Part shown: piece after piece, positions 36,866 to 46,402 of the stretch | Position numbering within the stretch: the first letter of the stretch is position 1 | Layout: each line of letters starts with the position of its first letter | Assembly (NCBI GenBank): GCA_964634945.1 | Contig: CAZWMG010000003.1 | Location: 37,861-101,860, forward strand | DNA: 64,000 bases | Direction: 5' to 3' | From: an uncultured Planctomycetia bacterium | GTDB lineage: Bacteria; Omnitrophota; Gorgyraeia; JABMRG01 | Notes under the pieces: model-generated | The model's input: the letters and a program-made list of their open reading frames with translations, nothing else | Database searches by the model: none | What the model was told of the DNA's origin: nothing | Position numbers and translations under genes: made by a program

Positions 36866-38179
36866 ATGAGTAATTCCATGGTCTTCGCGCAATATTTCAA
36901 ACATAGAATCCTCTCTCCTTTCATCTTTACCTCCACCTTTACCTTTCTCCTATTATGCGCTATAACCTCTGCCCATGCCTCTAACATCGGATCTACAAAG
37001 ATATACTATAATACCGGTAAAAAATCTCAGACATCCGGTATCGAAGAAAGAGACCTTGGGGGATATTTCAGCTACTATAAATATGGCACAAGAATCACAG
37101 CGGAACCTACAGAAGGGTTCTCTTATGGGATAAGATTAGAGGATTACCATAAGGATTTTGACACAAAACGAGACGACTTAGATAATAGAACAAATCTATA
37201 TAGCGCTTATTTTTCCATGCCTATACATAAAACAGACGAAGTCTCTGTTGCGCTTGATACCAATTATAGGCTGCGTACAAAACGCTATAAAAATTCACCT
37301 TCTGATGAGTATGACAATAACAATGTAAGCGCTGGAATCAATATAACCAAAAATAAGAATTATGCCTTAAAAGTATCCGGTGGCATTAAAGACTACGACT
37401 ATATCAAAGATCATGATTCAGATCAGCTCAAAAGCTTCTTTAAGATAGCCCCTAGAATTAAGGCCTTTAAGCAAAGACTGAGTCTTTCCGGATACTACAG
37501 AAGAGATTTAGTAGACCAGACAGACAACAAGAAAGATTATTCCGAGGATTGTGTATCCGTAAGAACCGCTTATGATATAGGCAAACCTATTCTTGATAAG
37601 GTAAGCGGTCATTTTGGATATGGCAGAAATGACACTAGAGATGACAATGAAGACAGGGAAGATAATTTAAGGTATGAGTATCAGCTATGGGATGTTGCTA
37701 TATATTCAAAGCCCTTTAAGAATATAGAGGGCAACATAAGATATGGGCAAAAACATAGAAAATACTTTACATCAATAGATGGTTATGATAACTGGTATAT
37801 AGATAAGAATACAAAAATAAGGCTTCTATCTAAAGACTCTTTTTCAGTTGATATGCTCTTAGGCGGGTTTCATAAAGAAACAAAGTTTTTTCAAAATGAG
37901 GCATTAAGTTATAATAAAAATAGTTTTAGCGCTGGTTTTAGCATGGTAAAAAGAAGCGACTTTTCAATAAAGCCGTCTTTTAAATATACGAGGTATAAGT
38001 ATCCTCCCCTTTCTACAAATAACCAAAAGACCTATGTACTGAAATTTGATACAAAGAAATACATAGGATCTACGGATAAGGCACTTGAAGCGGGCTACTG
38101 GTATGAGTGGAAGAATTATGAATATAGCGCGAACTCAAATCGCTGGAACTTAAATCTCTCTTTTATGCTAAAATTTTAG
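36866..38179 (+). CDS. putative outer-membrane beta-barrel protein with signal peptide
   Basis: 437 aa. N-terminal hydrophobic signal with AHA|S. Rich in Y/N/D/K/G with an alternating-hydrophobic pattern. The C-terminal ...NLNLSFMLKF ends in Phe, the outer-membrane-protein beta-signal. Confidence 0.5.
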   Translation: MSNSMVFAQYFKHRILSPFIFTSTFTFLLLCAITSAHASNIGSTKIYYNTGKKSQTSGIEERDLGGYFSYYKYGTRITAEPTEGFSYGIRLEDYHKDFDTKRDDLDNRTNLYSAYFSMPIHKTDEVSVALDTNYRLRTKRYKNSPSDEYDNNNVSAGINITKNKNYALKVSGGIKDYDYIKDHDSDQLKSFFKIAPRIKAFKQRLSLSGYYRRDLVDQTDNKKDYSEDCVSVRTAYDIGKPILDKVSGHFGYGRNDTRDDNEDREDNLRYEYQLWDVAIYSKPFKNIEGNIRYGQKHRKYFTSIDGYDNWYIDKNTKIRLLSKDSFSVDMLLGGFHKETKFFQNEALSYNKNSFSAGFSMVKRSDFSIKPSFKYTRYKYPPLSTNNQKTYVLKFDTKKYIGSTDKALEAGYWYEWKNYEYSANSNRWNLNLSFMLKF

Positions 38180-38187
38180 AAATCAGG

Positions 38188-39312
38188 TCAGCTTACCTGT
38201 ATTTTAGACCTGTGCTTAAGCAGCCTGGACTGAAATGGTATAAGCGATAAAAGCCTGTGAAAAAGCTTGGATTGCATCTCCGCGTCTTCACAGATAAAAC
38301 ACGAGGAACAGACAGGCTTATTATTTTCATGCATAAGCGCCGCGGAATAAATAACCTCCTGTACGCTTTTACTTTTCCATATCTCTGAAAGGCGCTGCTT
38401 GTTGATATTACCTAAAGGCTCTTCGCAATAGCAGCAAACATTATAGTCACCTGTACTTATTATAAATGGCATATAAAAACCCGCGTAACAAGGCAAAAGC
38501 TGCGTTCTTTTGCAATACGGTTTATCTGAACGAAAATGGTGCAGAGCGGTCTTAAGAGAGATGACGGCCCTTGGAGACATGGAGGCATCTGTTAACATCT
38601 TTTTTATGGTATCGCGGGCCCGGTGCACCTGATCCGGAGTTAGAACCTCTGGCTTGAGTTCAGGCAATACAGCCTCTGTTGGACGTATAGCAAAAAAAAC
38701 ATTCCAACGACTACTAAGCCTGAACACCTCTTCTAATTCATTAAAGTTGTTTTTCGCTAAACAGTAGTTCATCTGCAGCTTGGATGCGCCCGACGGCAGA
38801 CTGATAAAACGTTCTATGTTTCTCATTATATTGGGCAATTTACTATCAGACTTATAGCCGTGAATAATGGAGTGTAAATCGCTATTTATAGTATTAAGGC
38901 TAAGCGTAATCTTCGCTATATTAGCGAATATTTCGGGCGTAACCATATCAAGCATACTACCGTTTGTTACAAGGTTGATCCTGCATTGTTTGCACTTTTC
39001 TATCATCTCAAGCAAGCGCGGATGTAAAAACTGCTCCCCATTGCCCGCAAATACAAGCTCCTTTATCTTTAATAACTTTATATCTTCAATGAGTTTATCT
39101 ATCACGTCATCTGCGAGCTGATAAGTAGGGTAGCGATCTTTCTTATGGTAAGAGTGTGTATGGCAAAAATAACATTTATAATTGCATCCTGATGTCAAAC
39201 CAATCTGTATAGACAATGGCCCAATAGACTTTTTTGGGTTAAAATTGATAATTTTTATTAAGCTAAGAGCTCGTTTTATATTTTTGGAAATATCCCTTAA
39301 TGGAAATGCCAT
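38188..39312 (-). CDS. radical SAM protein with C-terminal SPASM-type Cys-rich domain
   Basis: 374 aa. GCNYKCYFCH triad and a C-terminal cluster (CYAGF...CCYCEEP...CSSCFICED). Confidence 0.7.
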   Translation of the reverse strand: MAFPLRDISKNIKRALSLIKIINFNPKKSIGPLSIQIGLTSGCNYKCYFCHTHSYHKKDRYPTYQLADDVIDKLIEDIKLLKIKELVFAGNGEQFLHPRLLEMIEKCKQCRINLVTNGSMLDMVTPEIFANIAKITLSLNTINSDLHSIIHGYKSDSKLPNIMRNIERFISLPSGASKLQMNYCLAKNNFNELEEVFRLSSRWNVFFAIRPTEAVLPELKPEVLTPDQVHRARDTIKKMLTDASMSPRAVISLKTALHHFRSDKPYCKRTQLLPCYAGFYMPFIISTGDYNVCCYCEEPLGNINKQRLSEIWKSKSVQEVIYSAALMHENNKPVCSSCFICEDAEMQSKLFHRLLSLIPFQSRLLKHRSKIQVS

Positions 39313-39316
39313 ATAC

Positions 39317-40585
39317 CTATTCCCTTACTATTAGCGCTGTACCAACACCAAGCATAACCCAAAATAACGTTATAAGCCGAAGCGCGTAAAGATTAGTATC
39401 AAAAAAACTTTGTATTAGTGTAGCCAAAATGCCTGACGATATACCTAATAAAAAAATAACTCTGTTACGGCTAACTCCATTAGCACTACTTATTTTTCCG
39501 GGGATTGAACAAATGTATTTTATTATAGCATAAAAAAATCTAAATATCACTAACAGGAATATGAAAAGTCCAGCGATACCCACCTCAGCAGCCATCTGTA
39601 AATAAGAATTATGGGCATAAAAACCTTGTTTCTCTTTATTGTAGATAGATGACGCCTTTGTGTATGTATTGGGGCCTGTACCTATAATTGGGAAATCTTC
39701 AATAATCGTTACAGCTTCTCTCCATCTATAAAATCTCTCAGCAGAACCCCAAAGCCCGAGTCTCGCGCTTACTACCCGCTGTCTTACCGGCTGGTAAGAT
39801 ACAATAGAAACAGCCAACAGGATAAGTATAAAAATAAGAGACGTAATGTTAGCTGGAATTTTCTTTCTAATTTTTGTCTCATATAGGAATAATGCTACTA
39901 GAAGAAATGCCATAGAAGATAGATAGCCTATCCATGCCCCTCTGCTTAGCGTAGCGCATAACATTACAAAGCCTATTATGAATAAAATTGAATACGCGAT
40001 ATTGGCCATAGGCATGAATCGGGATTTCACGCTTTTAAATTTTACAAGAATGGCACAAAAAAATAACGGCAAAATCGCTATTAAGTAACCAGCAAAATCA
40101 TTTGATGTGGCGAAACACGCCCTAAGCCTGCCTATCTCAAATTTTCTTATAAAATCTTTTCCGGTAATCCACTGAAATAGCGCGTCCATAAAGAGCAATG
40201 CCACCGATGCTGTAATAAATTTGAGTAGCGTTTCAAGCCTGGCTTGACCCTTTTCTTTATCTGAAAAAATATTAGCGCAAACAAAAAAAAGTGCTACATA
40301 TTCAGCTAACTTAAAAAATACGCCTTCCATGCTTTCGTTTATATCACATGAAAATATCATGGATATTATATATATAGCGAACAAGGCAAAAAGCGGGATA
40401 TTTAAAGGGGTATGTGGTAAAAGACTGAGGCCTTTTTTAAAACTAATAATTTTTTTTATAGACCACGCGGAAATAGCGGTGATAGCGAATATCTCAATTC
40501 CAGCTTTTGAAAAAGGTATAATAAAGACAAGGCCATATATGGCATATTCTGCAATCTTATCTAAAACGCTTATTATTTTATTCAT
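39317..40585 (-). CDS. O-antigen ligase family membrane protein (WaaL/Wzy_C domain)
   Basis: 422 aa. About 10 TM helices and a periplasmic loop motif AHNSYLQMAAEVGIAGLFIF like the Wzy_C/O-antigen ligase signature. Confidence 0.6.
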   Translation of the reverse strand: MNKIISVLDKIAEYAIYGLVFIIPFSKAGIEIFAITAISAWSIKKIISFKKGLSLLPHTPLNIPLFALFAIYIISMIFSCDINESMEGVFFKLAEYVALFFVCANIFSDKEKGQARLETLLKFITASVALLFMDALFQWITGKDFIRKFEIGRLRACFATSNDFAGYLIAILPLFFCAILVKFKSVKSRFMPMANIAYSILFIIGFVMLCATLSRGAWIGYLSSMAFLLVALFLYETKIRKKIPANITSLIFILILLAVSIVSYQPVRQRVVSARLGLWGSAERFYRWREAVTIIEDFPIIGTGPNTYTKASSIYNKEKQGFYAHNSYLQMAAEVGIAGLFIFLLVIFRFFYAIIKYICSIPGKISSANGVSRNRVIFLLGISSGILATLIQSFFDTNLYALRLITLFWVMLGVGTALIVRE

Positions 40586-40597
40586 CTAATTTTCATA

Positions 40598-42430
40598 TCA
40601 AGCATCTCTCTTCGGATTATAGCTTGGTACCATCTCTTTTATCTTCTCAACCACTTTATTTTCAGCCATAAGAGTAGCGAAACGCTCAAGCTCCTTTATG
40701 TTCTTTCGTAATTTTTGCGAATTAAGATCATTTGGTTGGGCTATATAAATCTTATCATGCCTTGTTGCTTTATCATGTTCTGCATCAAGCAGCATCTCTT
40801 CATGCATCTTCTCTCCGGGCCTTAAACCGATAAACTTGACATCCATATCCTCCGCGGACTTGAAACCGGATAAGGTTATAAGCGCTTTTGCCAGATCATA
40901 TATCTTTAGCTGCTCACCCATATCAAGAATAAATACTTCCCCTCCCTTGCCCATGGTTCCTGCTTGCATAACAAGCTGCGCCGCTTCATTTGCCGTCATA
41001 AAGTATCTTTTCACCTCAGGATGAGTAACCGTAACCGGACCGCCTTTTTCTATTTGGCTTTTAAATATGGGGATAGCGCTGCCGCTTGACCCTATGACAT
41101 TACCAAATCTGACTGCCATAAATTTTGTCCTGGCTGTTTTTGATTTATCCTGTATCAGCATTTCCGCGATACGCTTTGATGCCCCCATTATGCTTGTCGG
41201 GTTTACGGCCTTATCAGTAGATATCATAACAAAACTTTTCACGCCGTAATGCTCAGCGGCATACATAAAGTTTCTTGTTCCTAGTATATTGTTCTTAACG
41301 CTAGCGACGGGATTTTCCTCCATCAATGGAACATGCTTATGCGCCGCTGAGTGAAAAACTATCTCCGGTTTATATTTTGAAAATGTGTGCTTAAGAAGGC
41401 CTATATCTTTTATATCACCTATAATTACCTTAAATTCGATATAAGGATACCTCTCTTTAAGCTCAAGTTCTAAAAAATAGATATCATTCTCATTATAATC
41501 AAACAAGACTATTAATTTTGGATCAAATCTCATTATCTGCCTGCACAATTCTGAACCAATTGTACCTGCCGCGCCGGTAACCAAGACTGTCTTATCTTTT
41601 ATAAAAGCGCGGACATCATCCGTGTTAATCTGCACTGTCTCTCTGCCCAGCAGATCCTCCGGCTGCACATCCCTTATCTGCTTTATCGTTACCTCGCCTG
41701 TCAGGATATTATGCAATCCGGGAATAGTCTTGATCTTTACTTCCGCATTTTTACATTTTGATATTATCTCTCTTATTGTTTTTCCACTTGCCGAAGGCAC
41801 GGCAATAATAATTTCTTCTATTCCATAGTCCTTTACAACCTCTTCTATGTTATCGGTTGTTGCCAAGACCTTCAAACCGTGTATATGTGAACCCATCTTT
41901 CGCACATCATCATCTACAAAACCTATGGGTTCATATACCCTCTTTTTCGCGTTAACCATCTCACGCGCAGCCATTTCGCCGGCTGAACCCGCTCCTATGA
42001 TAAGCACTTTAGTGAGATTCGTGTAGTAGCGCTGTTTGAGCTTAATAATAACCCTGGGCAAAAATCTGGAAGCGCTTATAAGAAAAAAACAGAGTATATA
42101 ATCTATCAATAATACAGTGCGGCCTATTGTCTGGCGTTGAGTAAAAAACGCGATACTGATAAGCAGGAAGCTTCCTATAGTGACCGCCTTAAATACATTA
42201 ATGGCTTCGCTGATACTGGAGTAGCGGAATGACCATTGATACAGGCCAAAAATAATAAAAAGGATAACCCTTACAACGCTGGCGCATATCATGAAAAACA
42301 GGCATACATTTAAATAGCCATAATTCGGATGCCAATCAAACCTTATCATAAATGCCAGAAAAAACGACGAATTAATCAATATAAGGTCGATTAGTAATAT
42401 AATAATCTTTCTAAATCTTATCAATACCAT
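40598..42430 (-). CDS. membrane-anchored nucleotide-sugar 4,6-dehydratase/epimerase (CapD/WbpM/PglF/FlaA1 family)
   Basis: 610 aa. Four N-terminal TM helices, then two Rossmann regions (IIGAGSAG and VLVTGAAGTIGSEL) and a YxxxK region. Confidence 0.85.
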   Translation of the reverse strand: MVLIRFRKIIILLIDLILINSSFFLAFMIRFDWHPNYGYLNVCLFFMICASVVRVILFIIFGLYQWSFRYSSISEAINVFKAVTIGSFLLISIAFFTQRQTIGRTVLLIDYILCFFLISASRFLPRVIIKLKQRYYTNLTKVLIIGAGSAGEMAAREMVNAKKRVYEPIGFVDDDVRKMGSHIHGLKVLATTDNIEEVVKDYGIEEIIIAVPSASGKTIREIISKCKNAEVKIKTIPGLHNILTGEVTIKQIRDVQPEDLLGRETVQINTDDVRAFIKDKTVLVTGAAGTIGSELCRQIMRFDPKLIVLFDYNENDIYFLELELKERYPYIEFKVIIGDIKDIGLLKHTFSKYKPEIVFHSAAHKHVPLMEENPVASVKNNILGTRNFMYAAEHYGVKSFVMISTDKAVNPTSIMGASKRIAEMLIQDKSKTARTKFMAVRFGNVIGSSGSAIPIFKSQIEKGGPVTVTHPEVKRYFMTANEAAQLVMQAGTMGKGGEVFILDMGEQLKIYDLAKALITLSGFKSAEDMDVKFIGLRPGEKMHEEMLLDAEHDKATRHDKIYIAQPNDLNSQKLRKNIKELERFATLMAENKVVEKIKEMVPSYNPKRDA

Positions 42431-42440
42431 AACACCCCCT

Positions 42441-43442
42441 TCATGCTCTTTCTTTGAATTTTATAAATAAAGCCATGCCGCTCAACACAAGAACCGCTGA
42501 AACGATAATACCTAACTGAAATAGGCCGGAAACTTTTAAATACACACACGCCATAATAGTCAGTACAATGCTTGTTATGGAGAGAGTCATCGTAACCGCT
42601 CGATGGCTATAACCTAATGTCGTTGCCCTCTGGTAAAAATGACTCCTATGCGCTCTCATCCAATTTTCTTTATGCAAGATTCTTCTTGCTAATGTTATTA
42701 TTGTATCAAATATAAAGACGCCTAATATCAGAGCGATTGGTACAAGCAATCTGCTATCCAGTAAAGCAAAGCACGCGATATAAAATCCCAGGGCATAACT
42801 TCCTACATCACCCATAAATATTTTACCGGGAGGAAAATTTAAAATAAGAAACCCTATAGCAGCGCCCGTAAGTATTAAGCCTAAAGGTATAAGTATATTT
42901 ATTCCTAATATTACGCCAAAGGCCGCGATACCTGCCCCTGAGATCAAGGCCTGCATTCCAGCCAATCCATCTATGCCATCCATAAAATTATAAAAATTTG
43001 TAATGCTAACCACCCATAGAACAGCAAATAATATCCCAACAAGGCCCATATCAAGATTATAAGGGCCTATTCTTAAAGATGTGGAAACGCCCATAAAGTA
43101 TACCACCGCAGACGCGATTAAAGCCTGTAGGATAATCCTGACAAGAGCAGAGAGCTTAAAACGGTCGCTTAAAAGACCTAAGGATGCCATAGCCAAAAAC
43201 CCTGCTGCTATAACAATGTATCTTATCCGCACCGGGAATTGGCCCGCTAGATAATATCCGGCTAACCCTGCAAGTATTCCTAAAACGATGCCTGTTCCGG
43301 CGCCTTTAGGCATAGGCTTATCGTGAGAACTCCGGGCATTAGGCACATCCACTAAGGCAAGTTTATCTCTATTCTTAACCATCCACAAGGAGATTAAAAA
43401 TGATATTACTCCTGACAACATCATTATAGATACTTCCAACAA
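42441..43442 (-). CDS. GT4 (MraY/WecA/WbpL family) polyprenol-phosphate N-acetylhexosamine-1-phosphate transferase; initiating enzyme
   Basis: 333 aa. NFYNFMDGIDGLAG and NARSSHDKPMPKGAGTGIV are hallmark motifs of the MraY/WecA family. Confidence 0.85.
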   Translation of the reverse strand: MLEVSIMMLSGVISFLISLWMVKNRDKLALVDVPNARSSHDKPMPKGAGTGIVLGILAGLAGYYLAGQFPVRIRYIVIAAGFLAMASLGLLSDRFKLSALVRIILQALIASAVVYFMGVSTSLRIGPYNLDMGLVGILFAVLWVVSITNFYNFMDGIDGLAGMQALISGAGIAAFGVILGINILIPLGLILTGAAIGFLILNFPPGKIFMGDVGSYALGFYIACFALLDSRLLVPIALILGVFIFDTIITLARRILHKENWMRAHRSHFYQRATTLGYSHRAVTMTLSITSIVLTIMACVYLKVSGLFQLGIIVSAVLVLSGMALFIKFKERA

Positions 43443-43451
43443 GCACCTCTC

Positions 43452-44279
43452 TTATCTTAAAGCCTTCAACTTCTCTAAGATGTTTTTATTTACCTCTCTT
43501 CTCTCTTTATCAAAAAACCATCCCCATTTATTAAAATATTTAATATAAGAAGAAAAAAGATGACTCAATATCTTAAGGCTCTCTTTACCGTTGTTTCTCT
43601 CTCCATGATATATAGAGACCCTTGGATAATAAATAGTTCTATAATATTTATTTATTCTTCTGGATAGATCCAAATCCTCAAAATGCAGAAAGAACCTTTC
43701 ATCAAAGAGGCCTGCCTTCTTAAAGGCCTCCGCTCGTATAAACATGAAACAACCTGAGAGATAAGGCACATCCATAATCTTATCATATCCCGTAAACCTA
43801 AGCTCGTAATTCTCAAGCCTGTCTTTGAATGCCTTGTGTAACGGCCCGAACGCGAGCCTTCTTAAAACAAAATTCAGCGGGTTAGGCAAAACTTTACACA
43901 AATACTGTAACGAATTATCAAGATTACATATCTTCGGCATCACCAGGCCGACATCCGTACTATTCTCCATAAAATTATACAAATTTTCAAGCACATTCTT
44001 CTCAAAGGCTGTATCCGGGTTCAATACAAGGTGGTAGCTTGAATCATTCATGGACCTATCTATAGCTATATTGTGAGCAGGGCCAAAACCTATATTTGCG
44101 CTATTGTGAATATAAAAGATCCTCTTGTCGTTACAGATACTTTTTAATCTATCTGACGGGGAATTGTCTATTACGTAAAGCTTGGTATCCAAATCACTGC
44201 CTAAAAAACTCTCAACAGCTTTACACAAGATATCCGGTTTACTATCATAAGCCACTATAGAGGCTGTTATATCATACAT
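43452..44279 (-). CDS. GT2-family glycosyltransferase
   Basis: 275 aa. SIVAYDSKPD...YVIDNSPSD start, a later DxD-like region and the GT-A length. Confidence 0.6.
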   Translation of the reverse strand: MYDITASIVAYDSKPDILCKAVESFLGSDLDTKLYVIDNSPSDRLKSICNDKRIFYIHNSANIGFGPAHNIAIDRSMNDSSYHLVLNPDTAFEKNVLENLYNFMENSTDVGLVMPKICNLDNSLQYLCKVLPNPLNFVLRRLAFGPLHKAFKDRLENYELRFTGYDKIMDVPYLSGCFMFIRAEAFKKAGLFDERFFLHFEDLDLSRRINKYYRTIYYPRVSIYHGERNNGKESLKILSHLFSSYIKYFNKWGWFFDKERREVNKNILEKLKALR

Positions 44280-45242
44280 CTATCGCCTCATCATCCAGAA
44301 AGAGCACGGTTCCTGATGCGGCTGTGACTTTAAGATAGGACATACACTTGATATCTCAGAGAAGTAATCATGCACCAGATAATTGATTGAAGCTATAATC
44401 TTATAATCTTTATTGAAAGATAAAAAGGCCTCCAGGAGATACTGCTCATCCCATAATTTCAGCTCTTTAAATCTCCAGTCATAGAGATAGTCTCTCGGAG
44501 TAAAGATATCATGCACATGAATGAGGGCGCCGGGTTTTAAGAGGGGTAAAATTTCCAGATACTCCACTATAACATCCCCTTGCGGCCTTATTATATGGGA
44601 TGAATCAATAAACAATATATCGTTTGCGTCTAATGAGAGGAAGATATCTTTATCGATTTTCTCTACAGGCTTTTGTATCAACTCGATATCCAGTTTTTTC
44701 AACCAGGCATTTTCATAAGGTTCTACGCATATCTGCTTACAACCATATCCCGGGACCTGTCTTTTGTTTGCCTTGATGGCGTTTAACGCCATTAGCGTTG
44801 AATTGCCGCTACCTATCTCTATGATCTTCCTTGGCTTGAATGATCTTATGATATTATATAAATACTGCGCCTCACAAGGGCCAAAGCTTTGATTCTGATA
44901 ATAGAATTCCAGATCCCCTCTCTTCTCTAAAGGAAAAGCCGCTAATTCATCATTAAAGGTAAATCTCTTTAGAATTTCCAGCTGTTCACGTATGTTAAAA
45001 TCAATTCCAGGCAATACCCTTGGCTTTCTTAAGGAATGCCTAAGCTGTTTTGGATTAAAAAGCGGCTCAAAATAATGATCTCTTATCGGGAGAAGTCCTA
45101 TCACCTGAAATATCTTTCTACTGAAACGCATTCGCCTCATATTAGCGCTCCTTACAATACGAAGCCAAAGAGTGCTTAATAGAGTAAGTGGTGCCATACA
45201 TATATCTATTATCGGGATTATCTTATCTTTAAAAGAGTTCAT
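44280..45242 (-). CDS. class I SAM-dependent methyltransferase (Methyltransf_24-like)
   Basis: 320 aa. IIEIGSGNST (motif I) and ILFIDSSHIIRPQGDVIVEYLEILPLLKPGALIHVHDI matching the Methyltransf_24 pattern. Confidence 0.5.
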   Translation of the reverse strand: MNSFKDKIIPIIDICMAPLTLLSTLWLRIVRSANMRRMRFSRKIFQVIGLLPIRDHYFEPLFNPKQLRHSLRKPRVLPGIDFNIREQLEILKRFTFNDELAAFPLEKRGDLEFYYQNQSFGPCEAQYLYNIIRSFKPRKIIEIGSGNSTLMALNAIKANKRQVPGYGCKQICVEPYENAWLKKLDIELIQKPVEKIDKDIFLSLDANDILFIDSSHIIRPQGDVIVEYLEILPLLKPGALIHVHDIFTPRDYLYDWRFKELKLWDEQYLLEAFLSFNKDYKIIASINYLVHDYFSEISSVCPILKSQPHQEPCSFWMMRR

Positions 45243-45274
45243 ATTCGCACCTCATCGATTTTGCATAAAAAATA

Positions 45275-46402
45275 TTAACACCCATATCTCCTGCCCTCTC
45301 CTGATAGTAATAGATCGAAAAGCTGATCCCAGTTTGAGGCAAATGGGGGATTAATCTCTTTTAAATTTACTCGTTCAAAGACTAACGTCTTCTTTATCAT
45401 ATCATTCATAAGCTTGGATAATTGCGCCGGATTACCCGGATTAAAAAATTTCACTTTTGCGTAATCCCCTATTGTCTCACGGGCATATTCCAAATCAGGT
45501 AGAATAACGGGTTTGTTGAAATTCTTAAACTCTGTTATCGGAACACCCCAGGACTCAAGCTTTGACGCGAATATCATGCAATCCGACTCACCATATAACT
45601 CGAATATCTTTTCTCTTGGCTGTACGCCTATAAATTCTATTGCTTTTACATCTTTGTATCTGTTAAAGACATATCTCGAATATCTGTTTTCAGTACCATC
45701 CATTGTAACACAAAGCTTAAAATTATTCGCACCTTTACCCGCCAATATCTTCGCGGACTCACAGACTGTTTCAAAATTTTTAAAGACCCTTGGTAGTGAC
45801 GGATAGAAAAATCTAATCACGTTATCGCTTTTAGAGCTGGGTCTTTGAACAACAACTCCATATTCTATATTCGGATGCGCGACAACTATGTTGCTAAGTT
45901 TAAACTTACTTTTAAATACCTTTCGTAACCAGCTCTGCTGAACAATAACTATATCATTCTTTTTTATATTTATTAGATAAAGATACTTATATACAAAATG
46001 AAAAAGCACGAAGACAGGGTCCGTTTTAAGCTCCCAGAATGACAATTTATAAAATGGGGACGCGTGATGACAGTATACGGCCCGTATATCCGCTTCTACA
46101 TTCGGCGTTACATCATGTAAGGAAAGCCAAAGATGCGGCCTTAACTTCTTTGAGAGGCCCAAAAAGTAAAAATACTCATAAAAGAGCCTTTTAAACCACG
46201 ACTTCTTTGAATCAGGAAATTCATAATACTGAATATTCTTAAAATCAAATAATTCTTTTTTGTGCACCAACGCTATTACATTATACTTACCTGTCGCGTG
46301 TAGCGATAAATAGTTCAGGCATTCTTTAAGAATAGCAAAAGGCCCGGCATCTGTTATATTAATAGCCGATACTACGATGTTCTTTTTAAGATGACTGCTC
46401 AT
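45275..46402 (-). CDS. GT-B fold glycosyltransferase (group 1 / GT4-like)
   Basis: 375 aa. The C-terminal ESWGVPITEFKNFNKPVI is the E-x7-E motif of retaining GT-B enzymes. Confidence 0.5.
   Translation of the reverse strand: MSSHLKKNIVVSAINITDAGPFAILKECLNYLSLHATGKYNVIALVHKKELFDFKNIQYYEFPDSKKSWFKRLFYEYFYFLGLSKKLRPHLWLSLHDVTPNVEADIRAVYCHHASPFYKLSFWELKTDPVFVLFHFVYKYLYLINIKKNDIVIVQQSWLRKVFKSKFKLSNIVVAHPNIEYGVVVQRPSSKSDNVIRFFYPSLPRVFKNFETVCESAKILAGKGANNFKLCVTMDGTENRYSRYVFNRYKDVKAIEFIGVQPREKIFELYGESDCMIFASKLESWGVPITEFKNFNKPVILPDLEYARETIGDYAKVKFFNPGNPAQLSKLMNDMIKKTLVFERVNLKEINPPFASNWDQLFDLLLSGEGRRYGC

Noticed and set aside
38180-38187. Bidirectional terminator between the convergent OMP and SPASM-rSAM genes
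   Set aside because: Only 8 bp separate the two stop codons. The nearby AGGTC...GACCT inverted repeat has a 5-bp stem and a long loop and lies inside coding sequence. This is not convincing.
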